From NCBI GenBank assembly GCA_051362555.1, contig CM120641.1, positions 13,826,001 to 13,890,000 of the forward strand: a stretch of 64,000 nucleotides of DNA, in the 5' to 3' direction. Both the position numbers and the translations under genes were made by a program. Positions 40,901-54,000 of the stretch are shown one piece after another (the first letter of the stretch is position 1; each line of letters begins with the position of its first letter). The notes under the pieces are model-generated. The model was not told the origin of the DNA, did not search any database, and was given only the letters and a program-made list of their open reading frames with translations. Origin of the DNA: Lingula anatina (lineage: Eukaryota > Animalia > Brachiopoda).

Positions 40901-41909
40901 TTGTACATTCATGAGTAGATGAAGTCTTCCATCTTTATCATATCATCTGATAGATGGCTGTATACGCGGGTAGTAGTATCTGATATAGGGCTGTGGTTTT
41001 CAATCCTTATAGAGGAACTTTGAGGCAGGTACAAAGAATGATACAATGATAACAGGAGGGGTTCTTTTATGGGGAGGGGGGTGCATTACATCTCCATTAG
41101 GCCCCAAGAATGGATAATGTTCTTTTTGTATGTAGTAATGATGTTTATTACTAGACAGATTATGTTTAAGCATACATTTTTTCCCTTCCTATTTTGACTT
41201 CTTATTGTGGAAGTTGTCCTGGTCTAGCGGAGTAAGATAAGACATCAGTATTGTTTATGTTGGTACCCGCCCTTCCTTGGCAAGACCTCCGTTTCCCCTT
41301 AACACTCACACACAATGTGTGGCTTATAGGGATGGGGAAAGTAATGAAGTTGTTCACCATGAAACTGCCTCTGACATGCTAGCCAATACAGATATGAGGC
41401 TGTCAGTGCATAAAATATATCATAATATAGACTGGATTGACTGCCATATATGTCGACCAGGCACCTTATGCCCAAATGTCCTGTCTAAAATAAAGTTGGG
41501 ATATGTCTTCTCTCTGTACAGCCTGACTGGTCTTGTTTCTTTTGTATTTCTTTGTCTGTGTAGACACTCAGTTTTAGGGTTTATTAGAATGGTGGTCATG
41601 CTTTTTCAATTGGGTTGTATAGCAGTGCAGTGTTTTACACATCTTTTTTCTTTTGTCATGGCCAGATGATTACTGTGTATTTCTAGACATCAAAGGCACC
41701 GCGCCAGCCTAGTTAAACCAATAGAAGCACTAGGCAAGGATCATATTACATTGGAAGCTTCATGCTTAACATGTTGCTCTAGTTTGTTTACTAGTGTATG
41801 GGTTTGGTACATGCGTATGGCAGGAGGGGGGACTGCCTTTCACTTCCCATTTAGACCTGGAAAATGATGTACTTTTTAAAAAGGCAGACAAACCATTAAG
41901 AAACCTACT

Positions 41910-41946
<37 letters not shown>

Positions 41947-44900
41947 AGTTAACCGTATAGAGTTTTTGTTTTCATTTTTTGCAAAAAAAAAAAATATCAG
42001 CATTAATTTTAATAAACAAAAACCTTTGTCTGAACTGAAACATTTAACATCTATTTTACCTCAGCAAAAAATGCTGTTGAAGCTACCACTTCAACAACAC
42101 TTCAATCAATTACATCATTTAAACATAGACTAATTAAATCATTTAAACTAGTATAATTGATTTTATGGAATAAGTATGGAGGCAGTAAATTTTGCCATGT
42201 CTGTATTAATCACTTAATCTTAAATAGATTTTATTCAGCCCTCCCAACACTTGTAGAAATATGGTGAGTGGATATTGCATTGAGTCTTTCGGCCCAAGCC
42301 TAGAAGCTTGGGGACCAGTGAAGACTTGCAGGTCAGGGAAACAAAAGGTCACTTGCCTTCAGCGGTGCTTTTGATCTTTTTCCCCCTTCCCAATGTTGAG
42401 GCAGTCTCCACATTACTAATGCCTATAATCACTGATAGACTGACTTGATTATCTGATCACTACTGAGATTTCTTAAATGATTTTCTTGTTGTTCTGTCAG
42501 CCTGTGTTTTTTATTTAGCTACAGTCTAGTTAGATTAATTCTCAAAACACCCTGCCTGTGAAAGATGATCGATAATTGATTATTATCTGCCAGAGGAATT
42601 GTTAACAAGACAATGATCAGTGTTAAGTGCCAAGATGAGTTTGATATATTATAGCTGTGGTGAAGGGGGATTCTTACACAGAGTTTTGTATTTAATGTTG
42701 TTTAAGGCAGGCCTGTTTTAATGGCCTTAAAAAATATAATGTATTGAGTTAATCATATTACTTTGATGTCCTTTCATTACGTAGAAGGTTTAGAGTATGC
42801 TGCCAAATGAACTAATGTGTAGTTCTTCAGCATATTTATTTTTTGTCTTACTATTAAAGTCATAATAACTCTTCGTTTTGGCCAAAAATTTAATTTTCCT
42901 GGAAAAAACGGCAATTTTCCCGTACTTACCAATGGCCAACGACCCCATTCCTGCATTCAAAGTTAATCCAGGGTTTTTTTCCTAAACGTACGGTTTTTTG
43001 TTAAAATCTCTTAAGAGATTTTAACTGACGAAGCTCTCTCTGACATTGCAAAGTCACTGGTGACCTACTTAAAACCGTGGGAAATGCAGACAACAACAAC
43101 ACTATATAAGACTCGTGAGATATATTCGTCTTTTTGTTAAAAATGCATTTATATCCACAATGTGTGCCATTCTGGGCTTTTCGTTATCCGACGCACTATA
43201 CAAAAACTCGCAACTTACGTCTGAGGGTTTCCCGCCATGTTATTTTGGTCTCGAATGAACGCGAGAATCCGCGTGACACCATTACGTCATTAGCAACGAA
43301 TGCACTTGTCGACCGGAAAAAAGGGATCGAAAGCCCTATTGACAAGCACAGATTTTAGTTTTCCTACAATAACGGCCGTTTTAGTGGTAAAATACAATAG
43401 AATATATTTCTCTGCGTTGTTTACAATGTATTTCATGCGGATTTTTGAATCTGAAAGGAAGAGTTATTATTGCTTTAACTATTTATATGTCTCCAATATT
43501 TTTTCTTTTAGTCTAATCAATAATCTGCACTACGTATGAAGAATAATATTCAGTTCTTAATTTTTATATATGCATCTATCTATATGCAAACTATTGCCAC
43601 TTTAAATTGATACAGTTTTGAATAAGCAGATGTTTAAATTCACCTGCTTCCTTTGTGTTAATTTCAGGCTAGCAGTAAAATGCCCATGGTGCAGTCCCAC
43701 CATGCTGGTGCCCTGGGGCCTCTCATGGTGTACAGCAATGACCACCCATTTTCCACCCCACCACCAGCTCACCTAGGCTACTCACCTGTCTCAATAGACC
43801 CTAAAACAGGTAAGTACTAACCGTGCTTGATGGTTAAGCTTGCTTATAGTGCCACGTGTGTAATGCTTTGAAACTGGAAAATTTTGCGAATGGATGTATC
43901 ATTGAAATTGTAAACTGCCCATTATGCATATTTTGTTAGTTGGTTAAATGGTGGGTTTATAATGAATACAGCTGGGTAAATACTGAGATTAAAAAACATT
44001 AATTTGTGATTTAAAAAAAAATGCACTTTGGTTCGTGACCAAAAGTACATGATAACTGACTGTTAAAGTTCAAATTGTGACCAATGAAATGATACCATAA
44101 GAATGGACAGTGACAGGTTTTAAGAAAAAAATTATAGTGACAAGGTGAGAACCTGGAATTACCAGGCTCAGGGATAATTGCTGATAGAAAACCTCTAATT
44201 GGAATAGGGCAGTAAACTGCGACTGTCAACATGGTAGGAGGTGTCAGTGGACATAGTTAATAGATTAAGCTGACCACTCTCCAGAAAATTATATTTCCCA
44301 AGCTATTTAACTGTCACTAAGAACTTTTCAAAAGAAATCATCGTGATAGATTTGTTGCGAATGCTAAGGATATTTTGAGGTAAGATGTAAAACATTTCTG
44401 TGCCATTGCCTCACTTAGAAGTGAAAGCTGTCAAGTGATGGTAATATTATGGCACATTTTGATATTTTGTCTCTCTGTCACGACATGCCCTAGAGAGAGA
44501 AAGAGAAAAAAAAAGCAGACAACTGAGACTAGTGAAATCATTACCCGTCTTCACTGGGTGGCAGTTGATCAACTTTCCTGCCACATATGTATGTTTTAAC
44601 AGTGATGTAATACATGACAGATCTAGGTGTGAATCGAGTGTCAACATTTACTGTAGTAGCCTGTTTCACATCACAAAAAATTACAATGAAAATGTCTCCC
44701 TGCAGACTCAAATATGTCTGTTATCAATTTGAGGTGATTTATTTGCTGAAAATACACATACTTGTTGATGTAAAATATTCATCTCTTTGCCTGGATTATT
44801 GACCATCACCTCAGAGGAAATGATATGATGTTATTGGATTTATGGGCCCTTTTAATGTTCAGCAAACAAAAAGGGTATAATTCATTGGGAGAAAGGAGTT

Positions 44901-47900
44901 GTACACTAGTCTGCATACAGTCTGCACATAATGTATTGGCCTAGTTTGCAGCTTTCAATAATAGTCAAGGAATCATTATGGCTTGAGAGAAGCCATAAAT
45001 CCTGGCTGCTGGCATTTTGACAGGCAATATCACTGACAGACTGGCTTTTGAAGCACACCTACTATTCAGGGGAAAACCTTCTGTATTGTGTTCAGGTTTG
45101 ACTATATAGAGGTGTTCCGCATACATTTTTTTTGGCAAATATCAATGTTTTGGCATATGTCGGTCTCCTCTTTTGTTTTTCCTTTCTAACACCACAAATC
45201 CAAGTGCCCTTTGGGATTTATGATGCGAACACTTCTTTTTTTGTCAAGCCTTAATGGTGGTGTTATAAATAAAAATGGTGTTTGAAATACATTATATGTT
45301 ACTCAAAATTGCATGTTGAACTGTCAGTGAAATCAGTAGCTCTGCATTTACAGGTGCAACCATCAATAAAATCAATTATTCAAGTGAAAGAATCATTGAT
45401 TTTGCTACCTGTCGAACTATTGAATGCCACTACTTGTATTTGACAGCCTGGAAAAAATGAATTCAATACTAACCCTTTGTATGTAATACCAGACATGATA
45501 CTTTGGTATATGTGGTTCTCAGCTGCTCATTTTGTATGTTGTCTTTATTTAAATCCCAACCTTCACAGCACACATTTTGGATTTTTATATCATTTCTATT
45601 ATGGTTCATGAAATTTACATTGAACTGAGATTGTTAATATGAAATGACAGTTATAACTGGTGTTGCGTGGAAAGCTCATCATTTTGAAACGAGTGACAAT
45701 TTGGAAATGTAATTAACCTTAGTGTCAATTTTTGATAACTACAATGACAGTTTAACTACATGTAAAGTAATTTGGCTTCCTATTGGTTTTTGTAACCTAT
45801 TTACTTGGGTAATTGAAGGTCTTAATTATGGTTTTACGTATATTGCTGATATTAAGACACGCATTTTGATGTGTTCTAATTTTTTTTTTTGTTAATCATT
45901 TCTAACTCAACATATTTTTTGCGTGAATAATAAAATGTGACTCATATTACCCCAAAAACATAAATGTAATAATAAATTGATAAATCCCAACCATAATATG
46001 AATATATTATTAATTTACTGTAATTTAAATGGCAGTCATGGTTTCCTAAGATATGCATAGGCCATATATGATATTTGTACAATTTTTGATTGTTCCAGGT
46101 TTGCCAAGGCATCCTATGTATGCACTCCCCCCACCACCAGGGCAGTTCCCACTCTATAGGCCAGATATATCTCAAGTGCAATGGTAAGAGTTTGCCCTGT
46201 CATGTTTTTTAAAATTAAAGCACAATAACATGATGTCATATAATAAAGTATATTTATCAAGAGAAGTGGCAAGATCCTAGTGGTGCTGCTAAGGATGTCA
46301 TGTATTTTAGATCTGTATATAAGCAGATTTTATAAGACATGAAAATAGAATGCTTGTGTTCAATATGATCATGTTTGAAAGTTTGTGTGTGTGTGCGTAT
46401 GTATGTATGTATGTATGTATGTATGTATGTATGTATGTGTGCACCCAAATGCGTAATGGTATGATAATAATTTTTTGACTCTTCCTAGATAAGACTTGCA
46501 TGTATGAAGAATATCAATAAAGTAATTTTTTTTTGGGAGGTTATGAAAAGATCATTTATTTATGTATTGCATGTACACGTTTTATGTTTACCAGCACATA
46601 AATGTCCAAGTTACGGAAGTAAACATGCAATGATATGAATAGAACAAATAGCTTAACCAAGGAATATATTTAAATAGATTGAGGGAATACATGTTTTGTG
46701 CAACATGTCATGTGGAATATTTTCGAGTTTAATTTGCTGTGGGGGGACAAAATAGCAAGTAGAAGAATTTTACTGGTGATGTTGTTTTTCCTCTAAGGCA
46801 AGGAACTTTTGACAGCAAATGTTAAATACACAGTTTGCAATTCAATTGACCTTTGGCTGTGTCCTTGCCGGGCTGCCCAACCTAAAACAGACCTAGATTA
46901 CACGTGTTCTTCTGGCCGCAATTCAGAGTACATGGTACCGCAAGGCGGCCGTGTTCTTTTTCATTTTTTACGCAACTGGTCTGCATTAGATGCAGCAGAC
47001 CTCTACTGCTGTGTAAAGTTCAAATGCAAAATCCTATTGGAAGTACAAACAAATGCCAAAACAAGCTAAATTTTTAACACTAGAATGAGGTGAACATTTT
47101 AACTTCTTCTAGCAAGGATTTGTAAAGTAACAATGAAAACTTGGCCACACATCTTCTGCAGAAAAGAGTTTAAAAAAGCAGGAGGCTGGTTGTTAGAAGT
47201 GGTGTATGTTTGCCATGTTAAACACGTGTTGAGCCCCAACGTGAACAAAGCACTGCAAATCCCTGGAGGGATATGAAGAGGAGAACTTGTTTCTGACAAC
47301 ACACCTTTATTTGTAAGCACTGTGTGTTGATATCCACTTTAGGAATAATACATTATTTGCAGAAAAAAGTTTTTACATGGCAATTTTGGGACTTAACAGG
47401 GAAGTGGGATCGTAAGTTAGTAAAGTGAGAAGGCTTCTCACTGAAAACCCTGCTTCAAAAAGATGAGTTTTATACCCCTGAGAAAAGACTTTCAAGAACT
47501 GATTAATGTTACTAATTCTATGTAATTACACAAATTTGTCGTGTTAATTTCTCTGTTACTGTCTGAAGCTTATCTTGAATATAATGAGGTTAATAGTTTT
47601 AAATCTGAAAACAAAAGAGAGGAGGCACAAGTCATTTACATCACAAATCATTTCCACACCTGCATAGTAATGCACACATGCAGCTAAGAAAGAACAAAGA
47701 GGAACATCAGGTGACAGACAAAACACTGAGTCCTCTCTTCCACCAGATATAATATACCAGCATGAACTGGATAATGTTCAGTCAATTTGTCAGTTTTGTA
47801 TCGGTAAGGTTAATATATACTTTTTTTACATAAATAAAATAAAAATATGGGCAATATGGGAGAAGGAAAGTCATAGCAACAGAAGTTTATTTTTATTGAA

Positions 47901-47987
47901 ATTTGTGACAAAACAGTGTGGCAAAGGTTTCCATTTCATAAATGAACTCCAATGTGTGGTTTTCTAAGTTGTTCATTCTAACAACAG

Positions 47988-48034
<47 letters not shown>

Positions 48035-51000
48035 TGTTATTCTTTTATGTTCTAAGAATTCTTATTTGAAAACAGAAAAATTCTAGCCATAGAGGCATAT
48101 CATTTTGCTTAAAAATGTCTATTCTCACAAAAGATGGGATCACTCCCAAAAGAAATAAAGAAATAAAATGTTCTCTTGTTGTCTTAGGAGCCCTCCAGGC
48201 TATCCCATCACCACAGCAGCCTTTGGTGGCCATTACCCGCCATCACTCAGTACTGCAGGGACTTTCTCAAGATTTACACATCCAGGCTTCATGCCGCCCC
48301 ACCCTGGGTTCCACCCAGGTTTAACACCTCCGCCCCTCCTTACTACGGGACCAAAACAGGAGCACCCACCACAATCACAATCACAAGAGAACCACAGGTA
48401 AGAAATATCTGCCTCATTTCCATGTGTGTTTTCCTCTAATTGGTACTATTTGTATACCTGAATTTTTTTTTAAATAGATAGATGATGTTTTGGTTCCCAG
48501 TATTGATCTGTATAATTCATAATACATCAGGTAAGATGAAGAGATAGTGCCTGGATCTGTTTTTCTTTTCATTGTGTCCTTTTTGTCTAGAAAAAAAAAC
48601 AGAATTAGAAATATACGGGTTCAGTAAGAAAGGGCAAGTTATTAAAATGAAGACTTTTCAGCCATTGGTAATTTAAATCATAGGGGAGGTGTTTAACATT
48701 ATGCTGTCAATTAACCTGTTTTGCTTGCTTTTTTGTAATTCAACAAAGACAAGCTAAAAACACAGCTTTCATCTGATATGGCACTTGAGATTAATGAGAA
48801 ATATTTTACATTTGTACATATATTTTAAAATATAAGCACTCTAATGGCCTTTAGTTGGGAATAAATTGACTCTGGGATTTTGACGAATATATTTTTGCTG
48901 TTTGGCATGAGGGTGTGCTGACGTTTCTTGGCCCAGTATATGTGTGTTTGACATAGCCAGCACAGGTGCTGGGTTCAGTAATTCTTCCATCTGCTTAAAG
49001 TTGAGATCTGGGAATGCCTGCTCCAATCCCTCTTCATTTCCCATACTCACACTAAACAAGCTCTGGTTGATACCCCAGTAGGCTGATACTGCACAGTGTA
49101 ATTCATTGGAGAAAAATACACTGATGATGTATTTGTAATAGCTGATAAGTTTATGAACTTTTCATTGTCATTTCCCTCTCAAGATGGCTACAGACAGTAG
49201 AACACATTGTCATGTAGCATTGTTGTTAAATGGAGTGTCACGTACAGGTGATGAACCAATGCTGGCTATACCAAAACTGCTGCAGAAAGATACAGGCAGG
49301 TATTAGATAGAATGATGGGTGTCAAACCATTTATGTTGACAGGAAGCAGAAAACCAATCTTATGATAATGATGGTGATTCTAGTTGAGAGAAAGCAATAA
49401 ATGCAAAAAAATTCAGGCACACGTGTAATATCATTCATTTCACATTGGAAAGGCGGACCGAGTGATTATAGCCACATCATCATTATCTCCACAGCTGAAA
49501 TATTCTGAATATTGTGTTGGTGGTCTAGTTTTCACTACAATCCCCCCAGTCATGTCTCTTGGTCATTACACCTGTCGGAGAACCCACTGATCAGATAACA
49601 TGCAAATGAGCCTCATATCATTACATTTATCTTGTTTCAATGCCCATTCTGCAGTGCCCTCATGAATCTATGCTGTCTTGGGCTTTGGCAGATGGGTTTT
49701 GTACCAGTGTCATCAGTTTAATGTTTTGGGTGCTGCTGTCATTAGGGAGGAAATTTCATTAATAATTCCTGCTGCCAACTGCACAACTATTAATCTTTTT
49801 TTCGTCAAAGCTAAAGCAATAAGGGAAAATGAATGCTTTGCTGGGGTGGTAGATATTGATGTTGTATGGAACTGGAGAACTAAAGACAGGCGATTATCAC
49901 TTCTCACTTAATTACCTGAAAGAAATAAACCACCTTATTTGCATTTATGTAGTTCAAACAGTTCACAGGGTGTTATTTATGATGGCCTTTTGAAAGGTGG
50001 AATTTCGTATGCTTCTCTTTGGTCCATATCATTCCATGAATTTAATAACATGTTGCTTTCGGGTAGTTGATGAGGAGGTGTCAAAAGTCTCTTTGGTTTC
50101 TAAAGTATATTCAGAGGATGATATGTATGAAGGGGAAAATATAGGAATACTGTTGAATTTAGCAGTCCAATCTTTAGAGCAAGCAAGCAAAAGGGTTTTT
50201 TTTACCAGTAGGTGTTCAGTTTTATTTATGTTTTGTTTATCTAAGGTAAGTAATGTCTTGTTAAGAATCCTCTTAAATTCTTTTCAAATTTATGAAAAAA
50301 TAAAGCAGTTTTCCCCACTTGATGAATTCCTATCACCAATTACTGTTTGCTATTGGGTATAGAGTTCAGTATGTAAAATGATAAGTCTCTTTCACTGAGT
50401 GTCACACAGAAAAATGCTGTAGCTGTGCCACAGAGCTACTTACCAATTATGCTTGACCTTGGGCTCCTTGAATTCAAAGTGATCTTGTTTTGAAGAATTT
50501 TGTTTTAAACCATAAGCAAGACATTGTGCATTGTAAAATAATCTAGTTTTCTTATTTTTTTCCTTTTGATAATAGGTTTTCTACATTTTTAGAGTCAGTG
50601 GTGACTAATCTTTTTGTAGGGTGTTTTCCTGCAAAAATAACTAATAAACACTTATGAAAACCAAATTAAGATACGGAAAAAAAGATTAAAGTAAAAGGTT
50701 AACATACACCCCACCCATCCACAGAGTGCTTGTTATAAAGTAACAGAGGCTTAAGTAAAGCTAAGGAGGCTTAAACAAAATCTATTAGAATCAAAATTGA
50801 GTAATCTTCACCAAAGTCTTGATGTTGACCCAGGAGTCAGATCTGGTAACTTAGTTTTCTGCTGTTGTGTTTCAGGCACCAGAGCTTACATGAGCAAGGC
50901 AAGAGCAGTCCAGATGCAAACGAAGCCCAAGAAAAGAAGAAACCACATATCAAAAAACCTCTCAATGCATTTATGCTTTTCATGAAAGAACAGAGGGCCA

Positions 51001-54000
51001 AAGTAGTGGCAGAGTGCACATTAAAAGAATCTGCAGCAATTAATCAAATTTTAGGTAGAAAGGTAGGTGACGCATAAGCTGATATATATATATTTTTTTA
51101 CAAGGGGGGAAATAACTCATCCGAAGATGAAAGTCTGTTCTGTAATTTTAAGTGATTACTTTGTGATGATCTTCTGTTATGATTGTGTGATAAATGATCG
51201 ATTTGAAAGTCGTTCGGTGAAGGGATCATATGGCCCTAGTATTCTTTGTGTGACAAGGAAGACACTCACATGCATGGCAATATCCATGATGACCTTACAT
51301 TTGGCATCTGTGTATGGTGAAAAAACCACTTTGGAAGATTAACGTGAAATACTAGATGTTCAGTTAATAGATTTGATTCACCTTTGTTACTTTGTATGTT
51401 GCCTTTTGACATTGCAGAGACCCTACAACCTTACAGTGATCTTTTATCTTTTGTCATGGAAAACATGCAAGATTTATGGGCATGAGGAAAGGGGGGGGGG
51501 GGGAACAGATGCAACTTTATTTTAAAAAAAAGATGAAAAAATTATTTACTATTGAAGAGCAACAGTGACAAAGCTAACATTTATTGAATGGGGAAGATGT
51601 TTACCTTGTCATGTGCAGATTATTTATATCCACTGAATTGTTATCATAAGTATAGCAGTGGTTACTAATCCACTTTTCCTTTCAATATTTCACCCCTCTG
51701 GTGGCATAGATTGGATAGATCTGAGCTACAAAATTACTTGATAGCTGTCTGATTTAGAATTTTTTCTTGAACATTTATGTCTCTTTTCTTCCAGTGGCAT
51801 GCACTTGATAGATCTGAACAGCAAAAATACTATGAAATGGCCCGCAAAGAGAAGGAGCTGCACATGCAGCTGTACCCTGGCTGGTCAGCACGAGATAACT
51901 ACGCCTGCCACACGAAAAGGAAAAAGAGGAAACGTCAGGAATGTCAGGGAGAAAAAGGTAAGGTGTTGTTAAACTGACCAGATATTAATTCAGTAACAGT
52001 CCGGTATTATTCCATATTTATCTTATTGGGCTAACTGGTGTTCAATCATAGGGTAAAGGTGATGGAATTGGGGTTCATGCTCTTGAAGGACCTTGAGAGG
52101 GGGATAGAGATTGGGTTGTAGCTGGCACAGGATAACAAGAATGTGTGGCACAACATTGCTCCCCCCCCCTTTCCCCTTTTCACATGCATGAGATATTACC
52201 CTATGTTGTAAATAAATTGAAGTTTGCATGTTCTGTGGATTCTTTATTTTAAAAAAAGTAATGGTTTATTGCTGGTCTCGTAGGTAGTGTTTCAGGGGTT
52301 TATATACTAGTTCAGGCCTGGGCTGGCTGAATTGCCTTTTTTAGCATGAGGCCTAGAGCAAGTAAAAAAAAAAAAACATTCTTATGACATGCATTTCAGA
52401 TTGCAATAACCCAAAGAAGTGCAGGGCGCGGTTTGGAGTGGACCAGCAGCATCAGTGGTGCAAGCCATGCCGGTAAGTGCCCTGGCTCTGCATGCCAGTC
52501 TGGTAGCGGAGGCTGATGCAGAAAAGTTGCAATGACGGCACTTCCGAGCTCTGTCCACCACCCACACTCTTATGTACATCTCTGTTTATTAAGTGGAATG
52601 ATTGTTGTGCTTCTCATTTCCCATGTACTGAATTGATAAAACACCTTTTCAGTATCCACTTCCAATCTTTGAAAGATAACTTGAATGAGACTTATTTATT
52701 TTCGTATTATTCATTTGTTTATTTTTTGCAAAAGCAAAATAAATTTCTTCCAAAAACATAAATTTACTTATTAAAGTGGAAATATAGAAATACACTGACA
52801 GTTGCCATATCTGTGCTGTGATTGGTGGACAGTGCTAGGGGACTCCATGATGGCTGCCCAGACCATGCAGGCCTGTTTGTCATGCTGTATTCACAAACTG
52901 GATCATGTCAGTCATGCTTGTGGCCCCTCTGATCCCACCATGCCTCTAAACTTCATCTTCATGTTTTAACTGTCACCAGACAGGCAAATTGTGTGGTGGC
53001 TCTCGTGTTATCCTCTTTTCTGTGTAGTAGGCAAAAAAAAAAAATGAGAGGAAATCAATCGGTACTTGACAACAACGTGGATTGACAACATGACTAATAA
53101 ACAACAACTACTACTACAACTTCCAAATCATCAGTCAATCAATCAATCAATCACTCAATCAACTTCGACTTTTCTGCAATAGCCTTCTCGTTTCAGAGAT
53201 GTGCATGACAAAGAGAGCGAACAATGTCCAACTCAGGTCTCAGATGCGAGCAATCCTTCGACCACTGACATATCTTATAGTCAGGTATAGCGAATGGTTC
53301 CACAGCATGCTGCATGTCAGCTCCACCATATCTTACTGTATTATTATTATTATTATTATTACCAAATGGTGCTTGTGTCCGTTATTTTAAGTTGGAGGTG
53401 TTTGATCTCTTCTTTCTTGCATGCACAGGTCTGGCCCAGCATGATGGAGGCTGCCTTGCAGTGGGCGAATATTATGTATGCATTTTGTGTCATGAATGCA
53501 GCCGCAATTACAGGAACGTACTTTAGTACTACAAGTAGTTGTGACTTTGATTTGATTGTATTTTTGGATGTCATATTTGACATGTTGTACTCGAGTATTT
53601 GCATGACAGCTGCAAAATGTATGATTTTTTACATTTGTTTATTTTTTTAATTTAATTTTTATTTATTACTTGCTTTCCGTGGCATTCATACCAACCAACT
53701 GCATATCCATATACAAAGTAGACCTTCATCATGTGTTCTTGGGGCTGTGAAGCCTTCTCTGTTACCAAATTTTATTTCAGAATGGATAAAAAAAACTTCA
53801 TAACTACAGGAAGCCCTTCTGTATCTACTAACTCATAAAAAAGAAAAAAAAATACTTGCCCCGTATTGGTCGTCGCCAATCCATAGTTGCTGCTGGTGCT
53901 TGTTTTTCCTCTACTTTGCATGGTGTTAAGTTGTCACTAATTGGGACACAGGCCAGTAGAGCTTGGCTGTAGATCTCTTACTTTATTTAATTTTGCAACA

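Noticed and set aside
33000-50800. Numerous 60-130 aa ORFs in TCF introns
   Set aside because: Their composition is random-like for AT-rich DNA, many lack ATG starts, and none has a recognisable domain or splice support.
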